Shown: piece after piece, positions 7,167-16,271 of the stretch
Layout: the number at the start of each line of letters is the position of its first letter
Numbering within the stretch: the stretch's first letter is position 1
Virus record (IMG/VR): IMGVR_UViG_3300050151_000036
Span: 1 to 42,649 of that record
DNA: 42,649 nucleotides
Strand: one strand, 5' to 3'
Source: a virus
Taxonomy: Duplodnaviria; Caudoviricetes
The notes under the pieces: model-generated
Seen by the model: only the letters and a program-made list of their open reading frames with translations
Told to the model about the DNA's origin: nothing
Database searches by the model: none
Translations under genes and position numbers: made by a program

Positions 7167-7242
7167 GGGCCGTTAGCTCAGTGGTTAGAGCAGGGTACTC
7201 ATAATGCCTTGGTCGTTGGTTCAATTCCAACACGGCCTACCA
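7167..7242 (+). tRNA. tRNA with CAT anticodon, probably Ile2 (lysidine-modified, reads AUA)
   Basis: 76-nt cloverleaf with CCA; resembles bacterial ileX-type tRNAs as I recall them; lacks initiator features (no C1 mismatch, no three G-C pairs closing the anticodon stem). Confidence 0.88.
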
Positions 7243-7257
7243 TTAAAGGAATTAATC

Positions 7258-7452
7258 ATACAAGTACGTTATGGTGTTTGGGCATCCGGCAGTAACCAGG
7301 GGCTATGTTATCAAGGTGGTGATGTAGCTTTGTTCAAAGATCGTGCTGAAGCCGAAGACATGCGAGTGCGGATTACTACGTTTGCCGAAACCGCCCCAGT
7401 GTCATCCCAACCCATGAAATATCACATCGCAGAGATATTTATTGAAGATTAA
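7258..7452 (+). CDS. Hypothetical protein with probable ATA start (64 aa)
   Basis: Track start at 7204 lies inside the tRNA; leader TTAAAGGAATTAATC, identical to that of gene 4698, precedes an in-frame ATA. Confidence 0.6.
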   Translation: MQVRYGVWASGSNQGLCYQGGDVALFKDRAEAEDMRVRITTFAETAPVSSQPMKYHIAEIFIED

Positions 7453-7534
7453 TTGGTTCTTCGTTGTGTTCACAAGTGGGTGGTGTAGTGCTATCATCTT
7501 GTGGTATTACGGCTAGTAAAGACGATCATCAATT

Positions 7535-7611
7535 GCGACCATAGCTCAGAAGGATAGAGCAACTTTCTTCTAAAAAGTAGGTCACTGGTTCAAATCCAGT
7601 TGGTCGCACCA
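7535..7611 (+). tRNA. tRNA-Arg(TCT)
   Basis: Acceptor GCGACCA/TGGTCGC, anticodon arm ACTTT-CTTCTAA-AAAGT, GGTTCAAATCC, encoded CCA. Confidence 0.95.
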
Positions 7612-7633
7612 TCATTAAAGGAGTTAATAATTA

Positions 7634-7783
7634 ATGGAATATAATGTGTATAAAGGAGAGTATCCTTTTGATGAGCACATCGGAGTTGTGGTGGCAGAAA
7701 ATGCCGAAGAAGCCCTTGCAATTGCATTGCACAAGTATGGAAACCACCCTGTTGTCTCACCACGGCCTCAACTTAACAGTTGA
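7634..7783 (+). CDS. Small hypothetical protein (49 aa; absent from track)
   Basis: AAAGGAG RBS; MEYNVYKGEY...VVAENAEEALAIA. Confidence 0.6.
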   Translation: MEYNVYKGEYPFDEHIGVVVAENAEEALAIALHKYGNHPVVSPRPQLNS

Positions 7784-8020
7784 TGAAAGTAAAGAAGTAA
7801 AGGCTAGTGAGATACTAGAGCTATACTTGCAACGTCCACGTAAGCTAATTGCGTGGTGTCTTGGCTTATGGTTTTGTGAAGGAACTAATACTGACGATTC
7901 TCAATTAGCTGTTCGTGAATCAAAGCCGGCCTTAGCACATATAGCTACTGCGGGATACCATTACAAGCCATTGCTATTAGGCAGGCTTACTGCCTTTAAT
8001 GAATTTAATTCGGATTAATC

Positions 8021-8257
8021 ATGTATACTATTCGTCGAGTGGATCACAACACGTATGATGTTTTCTTAGGTAACCAATGGTCTGACCATACCCGTATTCG
8101 GGCGGGTCGATCATCCACCTTCGTTGTCAGCGGCCAGCGGCTGCCTCATCCTTTTCTCAAGTACATGCACACCGTGTTGCACCCATCCATGCCCATCAAC
8201 TATGGGCAACCTCATGAATTAACGCTGGATAATTGCTTTAATCACTTGACACATTAA
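8021..8257 (+). CDS. Hypothetical protein
   Basis: GGA RBS, 78 aa, in operon orientation. Confidence 0.65.
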   Translation: MYTIRRVDHNTYDVFLGNQWSDHTRIRAGRSSTFVVSGQRLPHPFLKYMHTVLHPSMPINYGQPHELTLDNCFNHLTH

Positions 8258-8321
8258 CCGTGTCTTGGTTACTATGGTTTATTGTTGTTTTTCTTATTCC
8301 TCTTTTCTGGATTAAATAAAT

Positions 8322-8792
8322 ATGTTTAAGCGTGTTAAAACTTTTCTTCTCAACCACTTCGGGTTTTATCATCATAGTGAAGTGCTGAAAGAAAAAGTAG
8401 AGAGTTATGCTGCTGGTATGCTTGATGCCCAGCAGCACATGTCGTCTGATAGCATTCCCACAAAACCACAAGATTTCAAGCCATTCTTTATTCACTTTAA
8501 TAGGGGGCGTCGTAAGACTGATTCCGGTGCTGACAAGCAACGTCCGGTTGGATTTACGGCCTATGTGCAACCTGGGGACGATCACCGCACGGTCTTCGTC
8601 AGCATCACACACTGCTCCTATAAAGACGAATTCTGTAAGAAAGAAGGCCGTAAGCAAGCCCTTCAATGTCTTACCTGGAATAAAGTCAACATCCGCGATG
8701 TTCCTGATGTGTTGACTGAGGCCAGGAATAAATGCACTGGATGGAAGACTGATCGTGTCTGCTATTACTATGCTTACCGTTACATGCTGTAA
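8322..8792 (+). CDS. Hypothetical protein
   Basis: 156 aa; CS.KD.FCKK.GR motif common in small phage proteins; coupled to next gene. Confidence 0.7.
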   Translation: MFKRVKTFLLNHFGFYHHSEVLKEKVESYAAGMLDAQQHMSSDSIPTKPQDFKPFFIHFNRGRRKTDSGADKQRPVGFTAYVQPGDDHRTVFVSITHCSYKDEFCKKEGRKQALQCLTWNKVNIRDVPDVLTEARNKCTGWKTDRVCYYYAYRYML

Positions 8793-9289
8793 TGATTACG
8801 CACAAGATTAATAAATATAAACCCCCAGTACAGCATTATCACGGGGGGTATAATCATATGCAGCAAGAAGCTCTTTTAACTCAGGAAGAGTTGAATAGAT
8901 TAATTGCTAATAATATGATTAGTGTTGGTGATATGCTCTGTTACCAACACGGTGCTAATCCAATGTCATTAGATACTTGTAGTGTCGTGTGTTATGTCGA
9001 ACATGACCTGGATAAAGTACATATGGGACACATCTATGATAAGAACAAGCCATACCCATACATGATTATGGGGTTAGCTGGAACCAGTCACTATTCAAGA
9101 GAAAGATTCAAAACACAAAATATCCGTCAAGCTCCACATGTTCGTTGGGATGATGGTGTTGGCCTTCATATCGTTAGCCCTGCATTAGTGGAAAGCCTCA
9201 CAGATGATTACGTATCGGATTACCTCAAAGAGTTTTGCCCCATCGCCGAAACGTTCCTCGCCCACCACCAAAGACAATCCCGAACTTAA
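8792..9289 (+). CDS. Hypothetical protein
   Basis: 165 aa, TAATG coupling. Confidence 0.65.
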   Translation: MITHKINKYKPPVQHYHGGYNHMQQEALLTQEELNRLIANNMISVGDMLCYQHGANPMSLDTCSVVCYVEHDLDKVHMGHIYDKNKPYPYMIMGLAGTSHYSRERFKTQNIRQAPHVRWDDGVGLHIVSPALVESLTDDYVSDYLKEFCPIAETFLAHHQRQSRT

Positions 9290-9518
9290 CAAAGAACGGA
9301 TTTACCGTAAGTCTTTGAGACGTGCATCACGTACCTTTATTCCCGGCCATATTGCACGGTTTGATGGCCGTGAGGTTCGGATCATTGAAGTAGTGCATGA
9401 CATGGATAAAATTGTATGGAAGGGATTGAAACCATACTTTATTCATATTAAATTCCTTGATACTGAGCTTGAAAATCTTACACACCCCTCCTCTTTAATT
9501 AGGATTAAACAACCATGA
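9204..9518 (+). CDS. Hypothetical protein
   Basis: 104 aa, overlaps upstream gene, ATGA coupling to next. Confidence 0.55.
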   Translation: MITYRITSKSFAPSPKRSSPTTKDNPELNKERIYRKSLRRASRTFIPGHIARFDGREVRIIEVVHDMDKIVWKGLKPYFIHIKFLDTELENLTHPSSLIRIKQP

Positions 9519-9826
9519 AGCAATTTGCTGTCATTGCCTACAAGCAAGACAATACCTACGATTTTAGTTTCCGTGGTATTAGTGGTGGTGCATACCGTGC
9601 CTACACATCACCACAAAAAGAAGCAACCCGTCCTGATGCTTTAGCAGATGAGGCGGCTGTGTACTTTACTGATGATGAAACCAGTGCAATTAATCTGGCT
9701 AATCTTCTTTCCAGTAAGCACTCTGGTGTCATGTATATGGTCGCTGCTACTAGCCACACCTTTACTTCCAGCCCCTCTAAACCTACCCGTGGCATCATGA
9801 GTGCCAAGGGCCACATGCCTGCTTAA
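9515..9826 (+). CDS. Hypothetical protein
   Basis: 103 aa, AGGA RBS. Confidence 0.7.
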   Translation: MKQFAVIAYKQDNTYDFSFRGISGGAYRAYTSPQKEATRPDALADEAAVYFTDDETSAINLANLLSSKHSGVMYMVAATSHTFTSSPSKPTRGIMSAKGHMPA

Positions 9827-9830
9827 TTAT

Positions 9831-10481
9831 ATGCGTCTAGTCTCTGCTATTTATGCGGACTTTCATCCGTTTGACCACCTTGTTTTCTTTGAGTCCCATG
9901 ATGTTGTCACCACACCAGACGACCTTAAAGCCGGCGATGTATTGATTGTGCATGGTGGTGCTGATATTCCTGTGGAATTCTATAACAAAAGACGATCATC
10001 AGCTAACCACTCACGCGGCATTAGTAACCGGGATCAAGCTGAATTTGACCTGATGAAGCGCGCTAAAGAACTTAACATTCCAATCATTGGTATCTGCCGT
10101 GGTGCGCAGATGCTCTGTGCTTTGGAAGGTGGTTTTCTCTACCAGCATGTGAATGGTCATGGTGGTAGACATAAGCTGGAAGCCGTTTGTTTTAACGGCG
10201 AAAAGGAATTAATTGAAGTTAATTCAATTCACCACCAAATGATGGTGCCTCGTGGTAACTACGAAATCAAAGCGGCTTTACCATGTGTGAGTAATGTTTA
10301 CTACGACTACGAAGATCGTGAAGTAATTAAAACTCAACATGAGTTGGGTGTTGACCCTGAGTTTATTTACTATCCCGATATTAAAGGGTTTGCTATTCAG
10401 TGGCACCCTGAAATGATGAAAGCTGATTGTTCCGCTAATAAATATGTTCTTAATTTTATTAATGAGGCTTTGAATGGCTAA
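9831..10481 (+). CDS. Class I glutamine amidotransferase / peptidase C26 (gamma-glutamyl hydrolase-like)
   Basis: GGADI, PIIGICRGAQ (catalytic Cys), VNSIHHQ, QWHPE. Confidence 0.9.
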   Translation: MRLVSAIYADFHPFDHLVFFESHDVVTTPDDLKAGDVLIVHGGADIPVEFYNKRRSSANHSRGISNRDQAEFDLMKRAKELNIPIIGICRGAQMLCALEGGFLYQHVNGHGGRHKLEAVCFNGEKELIEVNSIHHQMMVPRGNYEIKAALPCVSNVYYDYEDREVIKTQHELGVDPEFIYYPDIKGFAIQWHPEMMKADCSANKYVLNFINEALNG

Positions 10482-11337
10482 AGATAAGATTACTTTTCGA
10501 TACTTACAAAGATATAATACTAAAGAATTTTCTGCTGATGCTGAGAGAACTTATTATAAGAGGGCTAATAGCATTCCTTATGATGTTTTCAAAGGGCAAC
10601 CCCATGAACTCAGGGCTAACATTTGTGGGTACTCTGGTGCTATCACTTCTATTTCAGAATGCTGTGGTGCCCGTTGGGGGGATTTGAATGATACCCAGCA
10701 ATACACAGGTAGTCTTGAAAATACCACCTCAAAAACACATTATTACCGAGTAATTAACAAAGGAATTTTAGCATATCATACTCCGGTTAAAGAGGTAGTA
10801 GATATGCTTGAGGGAGAGATTACTAAAGAAGTAGATATTGACGGTAGCCCTTTATACCTTCGACTGCTTTTGCAAGGTGCTCAGTTCCCACAATACCATG
10901 AAAACATGGTGCGAACTACTGGCTGTTCTAAAGAAGTAATTGAGTCACGTCTTGACGGTCCTATTGTCTACAGTGTTCACTTTGAGCTCGTTAAAAGCAC
11001 TAATCAAGCATTTGAAGATAGTGCCATTTGGAATTATGGGTCACTTAACAACTACAGTAAAGCATGCGGCTATGATGTAACACAGGATAGAAATAGGTTT
11101 GCTGTCCTGTTTAGTTCCTTTAAGGGCCAACGAGGACACCTGTTCTTTATTATTGCGTCTAAACAAATGCCGGAATGGCGAGAGCATGTAAGTAAATACA
11201 ATCTGGACAAGTACACGGTGTTTGCACAGGAAAACATTATCAATCTTAATTATGGTAAAGACGTCAACCCGAGATTGAATATGTTTATTTTGAAGATGGA
11301 TGATACTTTTATTAACGACATGAAGGGGTTTCTGTAA
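10474..11337 (+). CDS. Hypothetical protein within the ligase cluster
   Basis: 287 aa, GAGG RBS, coupled on both sides. Confidence 0.7.
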   Translation: MAKDKITFRYLQRYNTKEFSADAERTYYKRANSIPYDVFKGQPHELRANICGYSGAITSISECCGARWGDLNDTQQYTGSLENTTSKTHYYRVINKGILAYHTPVKEVVDMLEGEITKEVDIDGSPLYLRLLLQGAQFPQYHENMVRTTGCSKEVIESRLDGPIVYSVHFELVKSTNQAFEDSAIWNYGSLNNYSKACGYDVTQDRNRFAVLFSSFKGQRGHLFFIIASKQMPEWREHVSKYNLDKYTVFAQENIINLNYGKDVNPRLNMFILKMDDTFINDMKGFL

Positions 11338-12122
11338 TGGGTTTTCATATTGGATGCGATCCTGAGATTTTTCTGAAGAACGCACAAGAAGGCTTGGTAG
11401 CCTCCTGTAATTTGATTGGTGGTACTAAATACCATCCTCGTCCTCTTGATGGCTTGCCTCACGGCTATGCTGTGCAGGAAGACAACGTTGCTATTGAGTT
11501 TAACATCCCTCCTGCGGATAGCCGTGAGACGTTCATTAGCAACATTAATACCGCTATGACGTATCTTATGGATGAAATAGCACAGATGGGTCTTCACTTC
11601 GCTACTGAATCGGCAGCTATCTATCCATTAGACCAATTGCTTGACCCGAAGGCATTAGAGTTTGGGTGTGAGCCCGACTTCGATGCATGGGCTCATGGCA
11701 AGGTGAATCCTAAGCCCGCGGCGCAGAATAAGAATCTGCGTAGTGCGGGTGGTCACGTCCACATCGGGACGATCATAAACAGCGAAAAGGAATGCCATGA
11801 ATTAATCAAGCTAATGGACCTGTACCTTGCAGTTCCTGCGGCATTGATGGATCAAGGTATTATGCGTAAAGAATTGTATGGTAAGGCCGGAGCTTTCCGA
11901 TATAAGCCGTATGGTACTGAGTACCGTGTGCTTAGTAATTTCTGGGTCTTTGATTCAGTGTTGGTTGATTGGGTGTACCGTTCTACAGAATTGGCTATGG
12001 CTGCATGGCAAAACAATATGAACATTGATTCTGATAAAGAACTTATCCTCTCTGCAATCAACAACAATGACCAAGGTGTTGCAAAGCATTTGATTAACAA
12101 GTATAATCTTCTGGTGGTATAA
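11337..12122 (+). CDS. phiEco32-like COOH.NH2 ligase type 2
   Basis: IGCDPEIF, QEDNVAIEFN, FGCEPD, RSAGGHVHIG, RKELYGKAG..R.KPYG.EYR.LSNFW. Confidence 0.92.
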   Translation: MGFHIGCDPEIFLKNAQEGLVASCNLIGGTKYHPRPLDGLPHGYAVQEDNVAIEFNIPPADSRETFISNINTAMTYLMDEIAQMGLHFATESAAIYPLDQLLDPKALEFGCEPDFDAWAHGKVNPKPAAQNKNLRSAGGHVHIGTIINSEKECHELIKLMDLYLAVPAALMDQGIMRKELYGKAGAFRYKPYGTEYRVLSNFWVFDSVLVDWVYRSTELAMAAWQNNMNIDSDKELILSAINNNDQGVAKHLINKYNLLVV

Positions 12123-12722
12123 ATGATTGATTCACCCACATCAGCAAACCTAGGTGATTTTAAGCAACGCTACGCCGGTGTTATTGGTCGGCTTATTGAC
12201 CATCCTGATAAGCCACTTGTTAAGGTTGGCGCTGTAGGATCAACCAAGGTGACTTTTGTTGACATGGAAGGGACCACCTACTATGCAAATGTTGACAAAG
12301 GCATACAGTTTGAATTCCTCCCTGCCTTACGTGGTTGGTACAACACTCCGGAAGGCCCCGTGCTACTAAACCGTGTGCCAGCACGGCAGTGGAAACGTGG
12401 TATGTGTCCTGATAACCATAGTGTTGCTCGAAGCTATGGTGGTATGGTCCTAACGACTATGCCTGAAGATTGGTATACTGTGGTTTTCCGTGTGTTTTCT
12501 ACTAACCAAGATTACATTAATTCTAGTCAAGTATGGGACGGTAAAACTGACATTGCTTTGTCAAGGCATTTCTGCATTTCTGCCGACAAGGTATTTTTCT
12601 ATAACCTTACTATTGGGTTTTGGAGTGCAGCTACAAAGTCAATTGTTCTTACCCAAGACTACATTCGACAAGAACTAAAAGACATGATTAAAAAGCATAA
12701 TCTACAGATTGAGGTCGTATGA
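12123..12722 (+). CDS. Hypothetical protein within the ligase cluster
   Basis: 199 aa; R.P.RQWKRG motif; tightly packed between two ligases. Confidence 0.72.
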   Translation: MIDSPTSANLGDFKQRYAGVIGRLIDHPDKPLVKVGAVGSTKVTFVDMEGTTYYANVDKGIQFEFLPALRGWYNTPEGPVLLNRVPARQWKRGMCPDNHSVARSYGGMVLTTMPEDWYTVVFRVFSTNQDYINSSQVWDGKTDIALSRHFCISADKVFFYNLTIGFWSAATKSIVLTQDYIRQELKDMIKKHNLQIEVV

Positions 12723-13849
12723 CTACACTCCTTGAATTGTTGAAACTTAAAGAAGTTGTACCATTCCGCAGTAACAAAGCTGTTGAGCAAGTCGTTGCTG
12801 ATCCTGGCCTTATTTATGGTGTGGAATTAGAGACGGAAGAAATCACTAAAGAAATTGGTGACTGTTTGATTCCCGGAATGTATGGGGAACCTGATGGTTC
12901 TTTGCGGAATAGTTCTACTGGTGTGGCTTATGAGTTTATCTCAAAGCCCATGTCATTATCTATTTTAACTCATGTGCTGACTCAGTTCTTTACACGTAAC
13001 CCGTTTACGGAGAAGAACTACAGTGATCGCTGCTCTGTTCATGTGCATGTAAATTGTCAAGACTTGACAGTGGACCAAATACAATCTGTGTGTTTGCTGT
13101 ACCAAGCATTTGAAGAATTATTCTTTGCTTATGCTAACAGCAAAGGTGGCCAGCGTGATAAGAGCATCTTCTGTGTGCCCTGGTCACAGACAGTTATCAC
13201 ACATAATCTGATTGGTCTGTTGTCTACTGAAGGTGCCATGCGACTGAAGCATTGGCAGAAATACACTGCGCTTAATCTTACCCCACTCACTACGCAAGGT
13301 ACTATTGAATTTCGGCATCTTCCTGGTACGGCAGATTATAAGTACATTCTTGTTTGGTGTAATCTTATTGGTTGTCTATTCAGCTATGCGAGGAACAACT
13401 CACTAGAAGACATTACTTCCAAATTAGCAACGCTTAATACGTCATCAGCTTATTCCAATATGGCTGATGCAGTGTTTAAGAACTGGGTCGATCACATCAA
13501 ATTCCCGGGCTGGGAAGTAATGCTAGAAAATGGTGTACTGGATATGAAGTATACGCTAATCTCTGGTAAGGGTTACATGAAGAAAAGTCCTAATAAAAAG
13601 CCAGTAGATTGGAATTTCCAAGGTGGTGCTATAATTGATGAGGCCGAACATATTCCGGCTGAAGTACCCGTAGCTCCGCCCCCAGCACTTCCGGGGGTAG
13701 CACTCAGGGATTATATTCAGCAGTACAACGATCAATTTGGGACAGGTGCTAATATTTACGGCCAAGGAATACACAATAATCTTGGACAGATGCAAGCGAA
13801 TGCAGCAGCCATTCCTGCCATTCGGCGTCGAGCGCCTGTTGTCGAATAA
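12719..13849 (+). CDS. Putative amidoligase (Amidoligase_2-like)
   Basis: YGVELE, DGSLR, EFIS, CSVHVH, KYTALN, GTIEFRH motifs; low-complexity C-tail. Confidence 0.87.
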   Translation: MTTLLELLKLKEVVPFRSNKAVEQVVADPGLIYGVELETEEITKEIGDCLIPGMYGEPDGSLRNSSTGVAYEFISKPMSLSILTHVLTQFFTRNPFTEKNYSDRCSVHVHVNCQDLTVDQIQSVCLLYQAFEELFFAYANSKGGQRDKSIFCVPWSQTVITHNLIGLLSTEGAMRLKHWQKYTALNLTPLTTQGTIEFRHLPGTADYKYILVWCNLIGCLFSYARNNSLEDITSKLATLNTSSAYSNMADAVFKNWVDHIKFPGWEVMLENGVLDMKYTLISGKGYMKKSPNKKPVDWNFQGGAIIDEAEHIPAEVPVAPPPALPGVALRDYIQQYNDQFGTGANIYGQGIHNNLGQMQANAAAIPAIRRRAPVVE

Positions 13850-13863
13850 TTAAAGGAATTAAT

Positions 13864-14010
13864 ATTCAAGCCGAAGCAATACGTATGTTATATGATACTA
13901 AACAATACACACAGAAAGAGTTAGGAACTATGTTTAAAATTCACGTTAATACTGTTAATAGTCTAGTTAATTTCAAACACTGGAAGCGCTTTGGCGCTGA
14001 GGAGAACTAA
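13864..14010 (+). CDS. Mini helix-turn-helix ORF (48 aa, ATT start) or remnant of an HNH endonuclease C-terminus
   Basis: TAAAGGA RBS; IRMLY..TQKELGTMFKIHVNTVNSLVN..HWK HTH pattern. Confidence 0.5.
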   Translation: MQAEAIRMLYDTKQYTQKELGTMFKIHVNTVNSLVNFKHWKRFGAEEN

Positions 14011-14011
14011 A

Positions 14012-15277
14012 ATTTGTGGCATTGTTGGAATGATTAGTGGTTACACCAACGGGTTTGCAGCTAAAGAAATGAGTGTCTTTAGCGACCTATTGTTTCTTGA
14101 TACAACTCGGGGTTTTGATAGCACTGGTGTCTTTGGTGTGGACAATAATGGCAACGTAGATATTGCTAAGGATGCTTTACATGGTCTAGACTTTCTTCGC
14201 ACTAAGGAATATCAGGCGTTTAAGGGGCATGCAATTGCTAATGGTAAGTTTGTTGTTGGCCATAATCGTGCTGCTACTCGTGGTACTATTAATGCTACTA
14301 ATGCCCATCCTTTTTGGGTAGAAGACAAGATTGTTCTAGTGCAGAATGGTACGTATAAAGGTAGTCACACTCACCTTAAAGACACCGCTGTCGATACCGA
14401 CGCGATTGCACACGTCATTGCTGAAGAAGAAACTGTTACAGCGGCATTGAAAAAGATTGATGCTAGCTATGCATTAGTGTGGTATAATGCAGATACTAAA
14501 GAATTGAACCTGATTCGTAACTCTGAGCGGCCCCTGTGGTTGGCTCAATATATGAACTCTGGTTATGTGTTTGCATCCGAGCCAGAAATGATTCTTTACG
14601 CTGCTTCCAGGGCGGAGCTTAAATTGACGGTAGCACCAGCTATTATCCCTGAGCACACTCATCTAGTCTTTACTCTTGACGGAAAGGGGGAGATCAAGTA
14701 CACACAAACTAAGTTGGATTGTGCTTATGTGCATAAGAATCGGGTATGGCCCAAAAGTCATCAAGAGCCTAACCAGTATCCTCTCAATCCTATGGCATTA
14801 GCATATAATAATATGTCGAGTCAGCCTAAAGCCACATATGGTGGCCCAGGGGATATTAAGGCTGGCTTTTATGAGCAGATCATTGAGAACTTTCCAATCT
14901 ATATGTTTGACAGCCAAGATGCCTGTATTAAGGCTGTTGAAGATGTGTCACATAATGTGAAGGATGGTTACCACTATGTAGAAATGCTGGACTACATTGC
15001 TGCTAATGACCATAAGCATTGCACTGTGTGGCATGTGTATGGTGCTGTTGTTGACCCTAATTATGATTCAGAAGGGCCAGCTATGCTGATTCACTGGATT
15101 GTATATAACAAGCCAGAAGAAGATATTCTAGAGCTAGTTACTGGCAAATTCTTTAAGGTTAAGTTATCCTCAAGGATTCAACGTATGACTACTATTAACG
15201 GTCAAAAGCGCTGGCTGGCCACTGCCTTTGCAACCTCGCAACAAGCATTAACTATGGATAATATGGCTACACAATGA
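14012..15277 (+). CDS. Class II (Ntn) glutamine amidotransferase, ATT start
   Basis: (M)CGIVG, RGFDSTG, GHNRAAT.G, NAHPF, QNGT, DTD; GAGGAG lies 7 nt before ATT-TGT. Confidence 0.9.
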   Translation: MCGIVGMISGYTNGFAAKEMSVFSDLLFLDTTRGFDSTGVFGVDNNGNVDIAKDALHGLDFLRTKEYQAFKGHAIANGKFVVGHNRAATRGTINATNAHPFWVEDKIVLVQNGTYKGSHTHLKDTAVDTDAIAHVIAEEETVTAALKKIDASYALVWYNADTKELNLIRNSERPLWLAQYMNSGYVFASEPEMILYAASRAELKLTVAPAIIPEHTHLVFTLDGKGEIKYTQTKLDCAYVHKNRVWPKSHQEPNQYPLNPMALAYNNMSSQPKATYGGPGDIKAGFYEQIIENFPIYMFDSQDACIKAVEDVSHNVKDGYHYVEMLDYIAANDHKHCTVWHVYGAVVDPNYDSEGPAMLIHWIVYNKPEEDILELVTGKFFKVKLSSRIQRMTTINGQKRWLATAFATSQQALTMDNMATQ

Positions 15278-16005
15278 AGAGACTGTATATTTCAGTAGAG
15301 CCAGTAGGTTCTAAGTTTGCTAAGGCACTGCAAAGTGCTGTTAAAGAGAAAGTAATTAATAAAGTTTATCGGGTCGATCATATTAGATCCGAACGTAAAC
15401 GCAGGCTTAATCAAGTAGTCTTTGCTGTAACTCCACAAACTCTTAATAAGATTGAGCAATTTAATGCATTCCAACAAGCTGGAGTCTCTGCTCCTAAGTT
15501 TGCTTTATCAGAACGAGAAGCACGCAACCTTGATTGTAAAACTCTCTTTGCACGAACCCTTATCAACTCCACTGGTGGACGAGGTATTGTTGAGTTTGAG
15601 CGAACAGCGGAACAGTATCCGCGAGCACCTCTCTACACTGAATACATCCCAAAGAAAGCCGAATACCGTGTCCACGTATTTAATGGAGTGGTGATTGACA
15701 TTCAACAGAAGCTGAAGAAACGAGAATTTAATGTTGAAGACCGTGACACTCGTGTACGTAACCTTGCGAATGGTTATATCTACTCTCGTGGAGGTTTGGT
15801 GCCTCCTGCCGGTATCAATGATCTGGCAATTAGTGCGGTTAATGCTGTTGGGTATCAGTATGGTGCGGTTGACATTATTTATAATGAAAAGCGTAATCAA
15901 TGTTATACTCTTGAGGTCAACAGCCGCCCTGGGCTTCTGGGTACTACTCTTGAAAAGTACAGCAATGCTTTGATTAATATGTTTAATCTCAAGGTGAAGG
16001 TATGA
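15274..16005 (+). CDS. ATP-grasp enzyme (RimK/YheCD-like)
   Basis: GGRGI, YI..KAEYRVHVF, GAVDII, LEVNSRPGL. Confidence 0.87.
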   Translation: MKRLYISVEPVGSKFAKALQSAVKEKVINKVYRVDHIRSERKRRLNQVVFAVTPQTLNKIEQFNAFQQAGVSAPKFALSEREARNLDCKTLFARTLINSTGGRGIVEFERTAEQYPRAPLYTEYIPKKAEYRVHVFNGVVIDIQQKLKKREFNVEDRDTRVRNLANGYIYSRGGLVPPAGINDLAISAVNAVGYQYGAVDIIYNEKRNQCYTLEVNSRPGLLGTTLEKYSNALINMFNLKVKV

Positions 16006-16271
16006 TGCATAAATCTGGTCGTAATGACACTGTTAGTCCTGGTTTCTCCACTAGTAATTCTTTTGATCGCTACCCTTACATGAAGCACTCCACAGCAGAC
16101 CAAACACTTGGTGATTACATTAATCGTATGGTAAAGAACCAAGCCATTGATGATGTTGCTAAAGAAGAAAAGCAACTGTTTATTGAATGGTTCTATGAGA
16201 ATTACCCACATGCACCTCACCTAAAAGATCACTTGGAATGTGCTTGGAAAGCCGGACAGGAAAATAAGTAA
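16002..16271 (+). CDS. Hypothetical protein
   Basis: 89 aa, coupled; F.EWF...AWKAG pattern. Confidence 0.65.
   Translation: MMHKSGRNDTVSPGFSTSNSFDRYPYMKHSTADQTLGDYINRMVKNQAIDDVAKEEKQLFIEWFYENYPHAPHLKDHLECAWKAGQENK

Noticed and set aside
7167-7242. CAT tRNA as a special initiator explaining ATA starts
   Set aside because: Lacks initiator determinants and looks like an elongator Ile2.
7204-7257. Track start of ORF 7204-7452
   Set aside because: Overlaps the tRNA; the RBS points to 7258.
7644-8018. 124-aa track ORF as a single gene
   Set aside because: Its 5' half overlaps a better RBS-supported ORF (7634-7783); the 3' half may be coding but no start could be fixed.
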